A stretch of DNA of 64,000 bases from a virus (Duplodnaviria > Caudoviricetes): the IMG/VR virus record IMGVR_UViG_3300027757_000725, positions 1-64,000 of that record. One strand, 5' to 3'. A model generated the notes under the pieces. The model was not told the origin of the DNA. It did no database searches and saw only the letters and a list, made by a program, of their open reading frames with translations. Of this stretch, positions 48,924-58,697 are shown piece by piece (positions within the stretch are counted from its first letter, which is position 1; the number at the start of each line of letters is the position of its first letter). The position numbers and the translations under genes are program-made.

Positions 48924-49007
48924 TTCCCTAAACAAATCAATCAGTGTATAAGAATTTTGCAATCCAATTGGATGCATATTATAAAAATAACTAACTAAAA
49001 AGTAGAT

Positions 49008-49445
49008 ATGACAACATTAATAAAAAAACAGTGGCCTAAAAACCGACCTCATATATTTGAGGGTGATATATTCAACAGAATGTTTGACTTCATTGACGAT
49101 GGATCTATTCACAATGCGTGGAGTTCTGATCCTTGCAATGTTTATACAACAAAAGAAGGTAAAACCATCCTTGAATTTGCTCTTGTCGGAGCAGATAAAG
49201 AAGATATTAGCATTACTATTTCTGGTCAAAGCTTGAAAATAGAAGCTTCTCCAAAAAGTTTGAGAGAAGAAGATAACGAGTTTTACCAAAAGAAAATTGC
49301 TCAGAGAACACTCAAGAAGATATATACTCTTCATGAAAGAGTTGACAAAGAAGGAATAACTTCTTTTTATAAAAACGGTTTGTTAAAAATAACAATTCCA
49401 GTTGAAAAAGAAGAAGTTAGAGATATAGTAGTTCACATAGAATAA
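49008..49445 (+). CDS. Hsp20 / alpha-crystallin small heat-shock protein
   Basis: LVGADKEDISI...KKIAQR...YKNGLLKITIP. Confidence 0.9.
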   Translation: MTTLIKKQWPKNRPHIFEGDIFNRMFDFIDDGSIHNAWSSDPCNVYTTKEGKTILEFALVGADKEDISITISGQSLKIEASPKSLREEDNEFYQKKIAQRTLKKIYTLHERVDKEGITSFYKNGLLKITIPVEKEEVRDIVVHIE

Positions 49446-49463
49446 CTTTTCTTGAGAAAATTT

Positions 49464-49498
49464 AACCTCTCTAAGTTTTATTCTTAGAGGGGTTTTTT
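49464..49498 (+). terminator. Rho-independent terminator after hsp20
   Basis: AACCTCTCTAAG-loop-CTTAGAGGGGTT then Ts. Confidence 0.85.
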
Positions 49499-49538
49499 AT
49501 TATGTATTTATATCTTTGAATATTAATTAATATACAAC

Positions 49539-50225
49539 ATGTCGCTGCTAGATCAGTTTACAGATTACAAAAAAAACAACACAAAAACAAAATGCTTAAT
49601 TTTGAGTTGTGGTCCATCTTTAAATGGAATAACAAAAGAAAAAGTCAAAGAACTATCTAAAGATCACGTTATAGTAACAATAAAACAATCTTATATAGAG
49701 TTTGGCGACTATAGTGATTTCCAATTTTTTAACTGCAACAATATAATTAAATACGAAAGAAATAAGGCAAAGTTTATTTATTGCTCTCCATCTATGTCAT
49801 CCAATCTTAAAAATCAAAACATAGATATGTACTTTCCAATGTCAGAGTATAACCTTAAAAAAAGACTCTGCCATTTTGAAAATTTAGAAGAATATTTTTC
49901 AATGAATAACATTGGTAAATTTTTTGGGGCTGGTATTATGTTTGAAATAGTACTTCCTTTTGTTTATAATCTTGGAGTGAATGAGATACTAACAGTAGGA
50001 TGGGATTATCACAAAAAAGATGGTAAATACAGTCATTTTTATAAAAATTCTGATAGTAATTCTTTTTTAAATCCAGCTAATCCTCTATTTCTGGGAGAAA
50101 ATGAAGAGTCAATCAACAACAGCAGCAGAGTAAATTCATTTTTTTTATTAAATGGAGTTAATTTATCTTGTGTTGAAAGCAAAGAATGTTTTTTGCATGA
50201 ATCTATAACTAGAGTTTCTTTATGA
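49539..50225 (+). CDS. Maf/DUF115-like (sialyltransferase-fold) sugar transferase
   Basis: CLILSCGPSL and YNLGVNEILTVGWDY...HFY motifs. Confidence 0.65.
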   Translation: MSLLDQFTDYKKNNTKTKCLILSCGPSLNGITKEKVKELSKDHVIVTIKQSYIEFGDYSDFQFFNCNNIIKYERNKAKFIYCSPSMSSNLKNQNIDMYFPMSEYNLKKRLCHFENLEEYFSMNNIGKFFGAGIMFEIVLPFVYNLGVNEILTVGWDYHKKDGKYSHFYKNSDSNSFLNPANPLFLGENEESINNSSRVNSFFLLNGVNLSCVESKECFLHESITRVSL

Positions 50226-50977
50226 GTGATAATAAATTTAATATACAAGACACAATCAAACGTCTGTTTCATAAAAACCTAATTGGAATCAAACAATCAT
50301 TTGAAGATGAAGGTGGTCTCCTAGAAGATATAAGGGAAATCAGAAAAGTAACTCAGGTAAATGAATTAAAACTAAGTGTCAAAATAGGTGGCTGCGAGGC
50401 AAAATCTGACATATATCAATGTAAACTAATGGGTGTCGACGGAATTGTTGCTCCTATGATTGAAACAGAATTTGCATTACAAAAATTCACAGAAGCCGTA
50501 TCAAACATTGCCAATATTAAATTTTATATAAACATTGAGAGTAAGACTGGCTATGAAAACATAGATAAAATATTAGATTCTCCATCATCAAAAATGTTGT
50601 CAGGCGTAGTGGTTGGAAGATCCGATCTAGTTAAATCATACGGACATGATAAATCATTTGTTAATTCAGATTTTATCTTTGATAAAACTCATGAGATAAT
50701 GAAAAAAGCAAAGTCTTACGGACTGGAAACCCTAATGGGAGGTAACCTATCACCTGACAGTTTTGATTTTATTTCTAAGCTTAAAAAAGAAGAATTGATT
50801 GATTACGTAGAAACAAGAAATACAATTATTAAGGTTGATAACATTTCTGAATTAAAGGATGACATAATTTCAGCGCTTGAATTTGAATCTATTTTGTTGG
50901 ATTTCAAATACAGAAAATACAAAGAAATTTCAGAAGAGTATTATTCCCGTTCTGAGACTCTAAAACAAAGACTGTAA
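50222..50977 (+). CDS. HpcH/HpaI aldolase / citrate lyase family protein
   Basis: DGIVAPMIET, INIES..G.ENI..I, VVVGRSDLVKSYG. Confidence 0.8.
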   Translation: MSDNKFNIQDTIKRLFHKNLIGIKQSFEDEGGLLEDIREIRKVTQVNELKLSVKIGGCEAKSDIYQCKLMGVDGIVAPMIETEFALQKFTEAVSNIANIKFYINIESKTGYENIDKILDSPSSKMLSGVVVGRSDLVKSYGHDKSFVNSDFIFDKTHEIMKKAKSYGLETLMGGNLSPDSFDFISKLKKEELIDYVETRNTIIKVDNISELKDDIISALEFESILLDFKYRKYKEISEEYYSRSETLKQRL

Positions 50978-50991
50978 ATTAAACAATTGCC

Positions 50992-51651
50992 ATGAGTAGA
51001 AAAAAAATAACTGCAGTAATACCCATCAGGAAAGGTTCCCAAAGAGTTCCTTACAAAAATTTTAAAAACTTTCACAAAGGTAAGTCTTTATTGCAGATCA
51101 AAATAGAATTTTTAAAAGAAATAGATTTAATCGACAATATTACTGTTAATACAGATTCAGATGTAGCAATCGATATAGCAAAAAACCTCGGCGTTTCATA
51201 TTTTCTCAGAGATGATTATTATGCAAGTTCAGAATGCTCTCAATCAGAATTTTTTAGTAACCTAGCGGAGACAACAGATACAGACATTATAATTCATGCG
51301 CCTTGTACTTCTCCTATGATTAAAAAACAAACAATTATAGATGCTATTAATAGATTCAATATTTCAAAAAATGATTCTTGTAATTCTGTAGGCTTGGTAA
51401 AAGAGTATTTATGGAGAGATGGTAAACCTCTAAACTATAATATAGAAAAAGGTCAAGTTCCAAATAGTCAAAATTTACCTGACATTAAAAAACTTACTTT
51501 TGGGTTTGGTATTATTGGGAAAGAAACTATGCTTGATAGGCAGAACGTTGTCGGTGAAAACCCCCTTCTGTATATATTAGATGAAGACGAGCAAATTGAT
51601 ATTGATACTAAAATTGATTTTGAGTTTGCTAAATTTTTATATAAAAAGTAA
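50992..51651 (+). CDS. Acylneuraminate/ulosonate cytidylyltransferase (NeuA-like)
   Basis: IPIRKGSQRVPYKN, VNTDS, TSP, IDIDT..DF. Confidence 0.9.
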   Translation: MSRKKITAVIPIRKGSQRVPYKNFKNFHKGKSLLQIKIEFLKEIDLIDNITVNTDSDVAIDIAKNLGVSYFLRDDYYASSECSQSEFFSNLAETTDTDIIIHAPCTSPMIKKQTIIDAINRFNISKNDSCNSVGLVKEYLWRDGKPLNYNIEKGQVPNSQNLPDIKKLTFGFGIIGKETMLDRQNVVGENPLLYILDEDEQIDIDTKIDFEFAKFLYKK

Positions 51652-52046
51652 TGACCTTAAAAGAATATACAAAGCTGCAAGAGATTGAAAACAATAATCA
51701 GATAGCTATAGATTTTGATGGAGTAATACACAAAAATTCCAAAGGTTTTTTCGACGGTACTGTATATGATAATCCCATTGAAGGTTCTCTTGATGCAATC
51801 AAAGAGATAAGCAAAAGGTTTGATATAATTATATTTACAGCCAAGGCTTCCAAAGACAGACCTTTAATCAATGGAAAGACGGGTAAAGAGCATGTTGTTG
51901 ATTGGCTAAAGGAAAATGGTTTTTATAAATATATTAAAGATGTAGTTGTAGAAAAACCTAGAGCTGTTTTGTATATAGATGACAAAGCTTTTAGATTTGA
52001 AAATTGGGTTAAAACCAATGATTTTGTTTCTAGTATAAATACTTGA
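51651..52046 (+). CDS. Small HAD-superfamily phosphatase
   Basis: IAIDFDGVI, IFTA, KP..LYIDDKA. Confidence 0.85.
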   Translation: MTLKEYTKLQEIENNNQIAIDFDGVIHKNSKGFFDGTVYDNPIEGSLDAIKEISKRFDIIIFTAKASKDRPLINGKTGKEHVVDWLKENGFYKYIKDVVVEKPRAVLYIDDKAFRFENWVKTNDFVSSINT

Positions 52047-52083
52047 AAAACACATCATACATTCTTATATTATAAGTAGTACA

Positions 52084-52908
52084 ATGGAAACAATAGTATC
52101 AGTATTTTGCATTTGGAGGGACAGCGAAGAAAATATATTAAGAACCCTAAAACAGTTAGAAGACTTAGAAAAATTAAGCACTTTTTCTTTTTCTTACTTT
52201 TTTTATGAGAATGATTCTAAAGATAAAACTAGAGAAATTTTAGAGAACTGGATGAAAAAAAGGTCAGGTGTTTTTTTATCTGAAGATTTAAATGAAGTAA
52301 AATTTGGCAGCACAACAGATCCACAAAGAATGAAACTTCTTTGTGAATGTAGGAACAAGTGCAAAAATTTAGCGGGAGAAAATAATTCTAATATCTCATT
52401 AATTATAGATTCAGACATAAAGTTTGATACTGATAATTTTCTCATGCAAATTTCGGATTTAAACAAACTTGATTCTGCAGTAATGATTACAGCAAATGTT
52501 AGGCAAAACATAAAAGACTTAGTTTTTAATGAGTCAGAAGACTCTTATTATGATGTTTATGCATTCAGAGATGAGCACGGCACTAATGGTATGTATTTCT
52601 CCGACTGTCCATCTTATAAAAGTTCAGATCAAAAATCTTGGAGTGAAGGTCGTCCAATCATTACAATGTCTTCATTCGGCGGTTTTGCTGTTTTAAAATC
52701 AGAAGTTTTTAATAAAGTACGTTGGTACTCTGACATACATTGCGATCACGTTAACATGTGTTTTGATATATCTAAACATGGCAGAATATATTGCGAACCC
52801 AAAAGCAAGGTGTATGTAGAAATTGATTTGTCTAATCTAAACCTAGATTCGTGTAAACAAATAGGTATACAACAAAGACAAAAATATGAACAGTTTTTTA
52901 AAACCTAA
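52084..52908 (+). CDS. GT-A glycosyltransferase (CAP59/Anp1-like)
   Basis: YENDSKD, IIDSDI (DxD), YYDVYAFRD, SSFGG, CDH. Confidence 0.7.
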   Translation: METIVSVFCIWRDSEENILRTLKQLEDLEKLSTFSFSYFFYENDSKDKTREILENWMKKRSGVFLSEDLNEVKFGSTTDPQRMKLLCECRNKCKNLAGENNSNISLIIDSDIKFDTDNFLMQISDLNKLDSAVMITANVRQNIKDLVFNESEDSYYDVYAFRDEHGTNGMYFSDCPSYKSSDQKSWSEGRPIITMSSFGGFAVLKSEVFNKVRWYSDIHCDHVNMCFDISKHGRIYCEPKSKVYVEIDLSNLNLDSCKQIGIQQRQKYEQFFKT

Positions 52909-53539
52909 GTTGGTTATAGTCACTTCAGTAATAGATCCAGTATTGTCAAATCTTCGCAGTAGCAATAGAAGCCTTTTTAAAAAAGAGAAGCGCTTTGAGC
53001 AAACAAAAGTTACCTTGGGTAGTTTATCGGCAATTAAAAACAAAAAAATTTTATTTATAGAAGCCACTGATATAGATGAGTACATGGAAGAATATATATT
53101 AGATCATGTAGATTACTATGTAAACACAAAAAATGTAGACTGGGTCACAGGCGGTGTTAACTCTCCGTGGAAATGTATTGGCGAAGCTAGAATGATAGAA
53201 CACGGGTTAAAGTTTCATAGTTTAACTGAATATAATTCTGTTTTCAAAATAAGCGGAAGATATTATATTAGTAAGGACTTTCAAGCCGAGAGGCAAAACG
53301 TACAAAATTCGGTATTTTCACACCAAAATAAAGGAGCACATTGGAATTCAACTTTTTTTTATAAAATTTGTGAAGAACATTTTGAGGTTTACCAACAATG
53401 CCTTGCTCATTGTTCTAATGCGAGAGGTGTAATGGAAAGGCGTTTTTTCAATTTTTTTAGAGACACTGATTGTATATATGTCCCAAAATTTGGTGTTTGC
53501 GGTTGGGCAGGACCAACAGGAGGATTTTACTGTTGGTAA
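52886..53539 (+). CDS. Hypothetical protein, likely glycosyltransferase-related
   Basis: VTSVI..RFEQT..GEA..FKISGRY pattern; inside the sugar cluster. Confidence 0.45.
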   Translation: MNSFLKPKLVIVTSVIDPVLSNLRSSNRSLFKKEKRFEQTKVTLGSLSAIKNKKILFIEATDIDEYMEEYILDHVDYYVNTKNVDWVTGGVNSPWKCIGEARMIEHGLKFHSLTEYNSVFKISGRYYISKDFQAERQNVQNSVFSHQNKGAHWNSTFFYKICEEHFEVYQQCLAHCSNARGVMERRFFNFFRDTDCIYVPKFGVCGWAGPTGGFYCW

Positions 53540-53600
53540 AGTATTTTTTGATTTTTGTTACTTTAATACTTATGATATAAATAAATAAGCCACTCATTAA

Positions 53601-54629
53601 ATGAAGAAAGTAATAATCACAGGAGTAACAGGTCAAGATGGAAGTCACATGGCGGACTATTTGCTGGCGAACACCGACATCGAGATCATTGCGGGTGTAC
53701 GACGACTTTCTGTAAAGAACCACGAAAATATTGAGCACCTAGAAGAGAACCCAAGATTCAAACTAATTGATCTTGATGTTACAGATCAGCATAATGTAAA
53801 CAGGGTAATCTTGCAAGAAAAACCAGATTACTTTATCAACTTCGCCGCCAATTCATTTGTTGGTACTAGCTGGAAAATGCCAGTCAACCACATGGAAACA
53901 AACTGCATGGCGGTTTTATATCAACTTTGTGCTATTGCTGAACATGCTCCTAATTGCCGTTACTACAATGCTGGAAGCTCGGAAGAGTTTGGTGACGTTG
54001 TTACTTCTCCGCAGGATGAGACGCATCCACTGCGCCCCAGAAGCCCTTACGGAGCATCTAAGGCTGCAGCTAGACACTTAGTAAAAGTGTGGCGTGAAAG
54101 TTACAATTTATACGCCATTCAGGGATGGTTATTTAATCACGAAGGCGTTCGTCGTGGAGAAGAGTTTCTTACCCGCAAAGTAACAAAAGGAGTCGCAGAT
54201 ATTTTTTGTAAAGACAGTATCGGAGATAAATTCAAACCCCTTCAACTTGGAAACCTTGAAGCAAAGCGAGACTGGTCTGATGCGGAGGACTTTATTGATG
54301 GTATTTGGAAAATGTTAAATAAAGAAGAACCAAAAGAATACGTTCTAGCTTCTGGCAAAACACATACCATTCGAGAATTTGTAGAAGCAGCTTTTGCTTG
54401 CGCTGGCTATGGAGCAGAGGAGTGTCATTGGGAAGGCGAGTCAGTCCATGAAGAATATCTTCATGGCGACAAAATACTCGTTCAAGTAAATTCAGAATTT
54501 TACAGACCTGCAGAGGTTGAACTTTTACTCGGTGACCCTACCTTGGCAGAAAGAGAGCTTGGCTGGGAAAGGAAAACAGATTTCTACGGCTTAGTCAAAA
54601 AGATGGTTGACAACGATATCAATTTATGA
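53601..54629 (+). CDS. gmd: GDP-mannose 4,6-dehydratase
   Basis: ITGVTGQDGS, SSEEFG, PRSPYGASK, LFNHE, GNLEAKRDW, RPAEVELLLGD. Confidence 0.95.
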   Translation: MKKVIITGVTGQDGSHMADYLLANTDIEIIAGVRRLSVKNHENIEHLEENPRFKLIDLDVTDQHNVNRVILQEKPDYFINFAANSFVGTSWKMPVNHMETNCMAVLYQLCAIAEHAPNCRYYNAGSSEEFGDVVTSPQDETHPLRPRSPYGASKAAARHLVKVWRESYNLYAIQGWLFNHEGVRRGEEFLTRKVTKGVADIFCKDSIGDKFKPLQLGNLEAKRDWSDAEDFIDGIWKMLNKEEPKEYVLASGKTHTIREFVEAAFACAGYGAEECHWEGESVHEEYLHGDKILVQVNSEFYRPAEVELLLGDPTLAERELGWERKTDFYGLVKKMVDNDINL

Positions 54630-54635
54630 TATTGT
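54607..54635 (+). promoter_or_regulatory. Sigma70-type promoter TTGACA-17-TATTGT, 6 nt before ATG 54642
   Basis: Motif and spacing; heads the replication operon. Confidence 0.7.
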
Positions 54636-54641
54636 TATTAC

Positions 54642-55097
54642 ATGCCCAGAGGTAAAAAGAAGTGTGGAAACTGCGGTGAGTTTGTTGGCTCCAGAGTTCA
54701 GGAGTGCTCTTGTGGTTTTGTGTTCGGTAAGCCTAAGCCTAAAAAGAAGGCGAAGCCCTTCTTTAAAGAGAGAAAGGACTTTGTAAAAAGAATGCTTGGA
54801 GGTGAAAAGTCCGACTCCATGCAGCTAGACATGATGACATCTACCAAAGTTTTTGAATTGTTCGACAATGACATAAACTTTTTGTCAAAAGTAAAACCTC
54901 CTTTTAAACTAAAGGGTAGCATTCGTTATTTTCTTACAGAAGATGGTAAAAAATATCTAAACAAGAAAAAACTAGAGTTTGACTTCGTGCCAGATTTTTC
55001 TGAGAAAATTGTTGACTATAATGACAAAGTAGGTGATGATATACTTAAATCAGATACAAAACCCAAAACAATTAGAAACTTTTTAAACAATGAGTAA
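54642..55097 (+). CDS. Zinc-ribbon protein
   Basis: CGNC...CSC at the N-terminus. Confidence 0.6.
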   Translation: MPRGKKKCGNCGEFVGSRVQECSCGFVFGKPKPKKKAKPFFKERKDFVKRMLGGEKSDSMQLDMMTSTKVFELFDNDINFLSKVKPPFKLKGSIRYFLTEDGKKYLNKKKLEFDFVPDFSEKIVDYNDKVGDDILKSDTKPKTIRNFLNNE

Positions 55098-56202
55098 TAC
55101 AGAAACACAAGAGTTCACAAAGAGCTTCTTAAAAACACACAAAGAATTCCACTACAATCTAGACCAACAAGCTGAAGATTATGTGGTGTCTAGCGGGTCT
55201 ATGATTTTAGACTCTTATCTTGACGGTGGATTTTCAGCAGGAGTACACCGTTTCGTTGGAGCTAACGAAGGTGGGAAAACCAACGAAGCCCTTCATGTTA
55301 TGCTTAACATGATGAAAACAGTAGATAATTCGAAGGGAATTTATATCAAAGCAGAGGGTCGTCTATCTAAATCAATCAAAGAGAGGTCGGGTCTTACTTT
55401 TGTAACAGATGCTGATGAGTGGGTTGCTGGCACATGCCTTGTTTTTGAGTGCAACGTATTTGATGTTGTTTTCGACTTTTTAAGGGGTCTTCTTAAAAAC
55501 AATCCAAACAGGGAAAGGTTTGGCATAGTAATTGATAGTATGGACGGATTACTTCCTCAATCAGAACTTGAGAAAAGAACGAGCGATGCTGCTAAGGTAG
55601 CCGCAGGTGCATTGATGACTTCCGACTTTTTGAAGAGGGTTAGCCTCGGAATGTCTAAGTTTGGACACTTGCTTATTCTAATCTCCCAGATAAGAGCGAA
55701 GGTTGATATTAACCCTTATGCGAAGGGAGACCCAAATAATCAAACTAATTCAAGTGGAGGCAATGCAGCCTTGCACTACCCCGATTGGATTTTGGAGTTT
55801 CAAAAACAATTTAAATCAGATAAAATTCTAGAAAAACCCAAGGAACAAATAGGACCAAATAACAAACCTTATGGTCACATGGCTAAAGTTTTAATTTGCA
55901 AATCAACAAATGAGAACACAGGAAACGTAGTAAAGTATCCGATTAGATATGGTCGTATTAATGGCAAGTCTGTTTGGGTAGAAAGAGAAATTGTAGACCT
56001 TCTTCTTATGTGGGATTACATGGATAAAAAAGGATCATGGTTTACTTGCGACGAAGAGGTTATAGATTTTTTGAAGAAGGACGGTATTGAATGCCAATCT
56101 AAATTTCAAGGTATAGCTTCAATACAAGAATACCTAGAAGAAAACTCAGATGTTGCCGAAAGCCTGAAAAACTTTGTAAAAGAAAAAATTCTTTCACAGT
56201 GA
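55090..56202 (+). CDS. recA: RecA/UvsX-like recombinase
   Basis: GANEGGKT, IVIDS, ISQIR, SGGNAALHY, KKGSWF. Confidence 0.85.
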   Translation: MSNTETQEFTKSFLKTHKEFHYNLDQQAEDYVVSSGSMILDSYLDGGFSAGVHRFVGANEGGKTNEALHVMLNMMKTVDNSKGIYIKAEGRLSKSIKERSGLTFVTDADEWVAGTCLVFECNVFDVVFDFLRGLLKNNPNRERFGIVIDSMDGLLPQSELEKRTSDAAKVAAGALMTSDFLKRVSLGMSKFGHLLILISQIRAKVDINPYAKGDPNNQTNSSGGNAALHYPDWILEFQKQFKSDKILEKPKEQIGPNNKPYGHMAKVLICKSTNENTGNVVKYPIRYGRINGKSVWVEREIVDLLLMWDYMDKKGSWFTCDEEVIDFLKKDGIECQSKFQGIASIQEYLEENSDVAESLKNFVKEKILSQ

Positions 56203-56606
56203 TATTTACATCAATAAATGGAAGAACTCAAAAAATGAGGAACCCAACCAAGTATTTAATTAAGTGGGATAAAAAATGCAGAAGCAAAATACAAAAAAGA
56301 GTAAAAGATTTATTATTTGATCATTGGAGTGGGGATGTTGTTTTCGAAGAATTTCCTGTATTAGGATCTAGAATGACCATTGACTTTTTTAACGCAAATA
56401 AAAGATTGGCAATAGAGGTTGATGGAGGTCAACACTATAAATACAATAAATTTTTTCACTCAAACAACAGACTCAATTTTCTAGAACAACTAAAACGAGA
56501 TGAAAAAAAAGAAAACTTTTGCGAAATGAATAAAATAACTTTAGTTAGAATAATAGAATCTGACGAGTTAAATTGCGAACTATTAAAAAAACTTAAAATA
56601 ATATGA
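56199..56606 (+). CDS. DUF559/Vsr-like endonuclease
   Basis: EEFPV..IDFF..LAIEVDGGQH..RD..K..FC. Confidence 0.8.
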   Translation: MIFTSINGRTQKMRNPTKYLIKWDKKCRSKIQKRVKDLLFDHWSGDVVFEEFPVLGSRMTIDFFNANKRLAIEVDGGQHYKYNKFFHSNNRLNFLEQLKRDEKKENFCEMNKITLVRIIESDELNCELLKKLKII

Positions 56607-56839
56607 TTAACCCTCAAAAAACTGCAGAAGGGCTACCAACAAGCTTAGTGACTAGACTTTATGATTGCACTGGATCATGTTCAGACGGAACTAAGGGTTT
56701 TCTTTTATTTTTTATAAACGAAGATGGAAACCCATCAATACATACCCAAACAAGCAATGGTTGTGTTGATATGGCTCTTCATAAATTAATTGAAGTATAC
56801 ATATCTCAACCGACACAAAAAACAAAAACAGACCAATGA
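56603..56839 (+). CDS. Small hypothetical protein
   Basis: ORF coupled by ATGA-type overlaps. Confidence 0.6.
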   Translation: MINPQKTAEGLPTSLVTRLYDCTGSCSDGTKGFLLFFINEDGNPSIHTQTSNGCVDMALHKLIEVYISQPTQKTKTDQ

Positions 56840-57147
56840 AAAAAATAGTATTTATAATTTATTTAATAACATCTTCAAGTTTATTCGCATCAGATGATAT
56901 GTATAAAAAAATAGGCAAAGTTGTTAGTTCGACTGTCGATTCTCATGGCTATAAACATGAGACAAGAATAGCTTCGGTTTATGTTGACAAATACGGCAAA
57001 AAGAGGTATAACTACCAAAGCTTCAAAACTGACAGGATAACAATACCCAAAAAACAGAGATGGAGATACAACAAATGTTCGGACAAAGCTCGAATAATTA
57101 GCTACTACCATAAAGGTAAGAGATACTATACATACTATAACAAATAA
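56836..57147 (+). CDS. Small basic protein with a predicted signal peptide
   Basis: MKK + hydrophobic stretch + LFA-S cleavage-like site. Confidence 0.55.
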   Translation: MKKIVFIIYLITSSSLFASDDMYKKIGKVVSSTVDSHGYKHETRIASVYVDKYGKKRYNYQSFKTDRITIPKKQRWRYNKCSDKARIISYYHKGKRYYTYYNK

Positions 57148-58697
57148 TGATTTTTTCATACGAAATAGAAAAGAAGGTTTTAAGTGGTTTACTTCAACAT
57201 CCAAACAAGTGGGGTGAAATATCCTGTTTCCTGTGTGACAGGGATTTTTACAGCGAAGATTCAAAGGTTAATATATCAATATTTAAGCTGATAAGAAACG
57301 CTTTAGATAATGCTGAAGTTATTGACGAGACAATTCTCATACAAAGACTGGATCAACTAAAAGTATCTTTTCCAGACAGCATTGACGTTTCAGAATACAT
57401 TTTCTCTTTAGCTTTCTTTAAGGTTTCTGAAGACATATTCTTATCTTCAATTAGAGAGCTTAAAAAATTTACAGCTAGGAGAGAAATTTATGAATCATGC
57501 AAAGACGTTGCTTCTTTTGTTAAGAAAGCTGACCCAAGCTTGAAGTATAGCGAGATAGTCGATCGTGCTGATAAATTATATAACGACAGCATTCAAAATT
57601 TTGAGATATCAGACTCTGGACCAGTAAACTTATTCGAGATCATGGAAGATGTGATTGAAGAAAGGGGCAACAATCCAGTGGAAGAGTTTGGTTTAATGGG
57701 TCCTCATCAGAGGGTTAATGACCTTTATGGTTCCTTACTTCTTGCTGGTAACATTTCTGTTATAGTAGCTCGTTCTGGTGTCGGAAAAACTCAATTTGTT
57801 ATGGACTACACGACAAGAGTTTCTGCAGAGACTGGAGTCCCAGTTCTTCATTTTGATAATGGGGAAATGAGTGAGGAGGAACTTATATTTAGGCAATGTT
57901 CTGCTATGACAGGTATACCTATGTGGTTACTCCAAACAGGAAAGTGGAGGACATCTAGCTATAAGGATTTTTCTCCAGAGCAAGTAGTCGCAAAAGTTAG
58001 GTCAGCTTGGGATAAAATAAAAAACATGGAATTTTATTACGAGAATGTCGCTGGCATGTCTCCAGAAGAAATGTGTTCATTCTTAAAAAGATTTTATTAT
58101 TCTAAAATAGGCAGAGGCAACCCACTTATTTTTAGCTTTGATTATATTAAAAGTGATTATGGTAATCTAGGTAAAGCAGATGGTTGGCAACAAGTCGGTA
58201 AAATGGTGGATCAATTCAAGCAGACAATCCATAAAGAATTAAAATTCGATGGAAAGTCAGTCGTTTCAATGATGACATCAGTCCAATCTAACAGGCTGGG
58301 GATAACAAACAATAGACAACCAGAAAACATTGTCGACGATGAAAGCGTTGTTTCTCTATCCGATAACATAACACAATTTTGTTCTCATCTCTTCTTATTA
58401 CGCAAGAAAGTAGCAGAAGAAATTCACGAAGAAGGAGAGAGATTTGGCACCCACAAGTTGGTAAATTTAAAATCAAGACACTTGGGCAAGAATGCACTTA
58501 GGGCTATAAATCCAGTTCAAATGCCTGATGGTTCAAACAAGAATAATTTTATTAACCTTAATATAGAAAACTTTAGAATTGAAGAAAGAGGTGATTTGCA
58601 AGACTTGGTTGACTCAATTAACCATCGAGATGTTAGGGTTGAACAAAGCGGTGAAATAAATGACTCCAGCGATATACCAGCAATTCTCTCAACATGA
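57147..58697 (+). CDS. dnaB: Replicative DnaB-like helicase
   Basis: EKKVLSGLL N-domain, ARSGVGKT, GEMS, FDYIK, QSNR. Confidence 0.9.
   Translation: MIFSYEIEKKVLSGLLQHPNKWGEISCFLCDRDFYSEDSKVNISIFKLIRNALDNAEVIDETILIQRLDQLKVSFPDSIDVSEYIFSLAFFKVSEDIFLSSIRELKKFTARREIYESCKDVASFVKKADPSLKYSEIVDRADKLYNDSIQNFEISDSGPVNLFEIMEDVIEERGNNPVEEFGLMGPHQRVNDLYGSLLLAGNISVIVARSGVGKTQFVMDYTTRVSAETGVPVLHFDNGEMSEEELIFRQCSAMTGIPMWLLQTGKWRTSSYKDFSPEQVVAKVRSAWDKIKNMEFYYENVAGMSPEEMCSFLKRFYYSKIGRGNPLIFSFDYIKSDYGNLGKADGWQQVGKMVDQFKQTIHKELKFDGKSVVSMMTSVQSNRLGITNNRQPENIVDDESVVSLSDNITQFCSHLFLLRKKVAEEIHEEGERFGTHKLVNLKSRHLGKNALRAINPVQMPDGSNKNNFINLNIENFRIEERGDLQDLVDSINHRDVRVEQSGEINDSSDIPAILST

Noticed and set aside
10323-53583. 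T4-like late promoter TATAAATA at 10323, 16701, 25459 and 53576
   Set aside because: Expected by chance in very AT-rich intergenic DNA; spacing to starts is inconsistent, unlike GTGTA[A/T]
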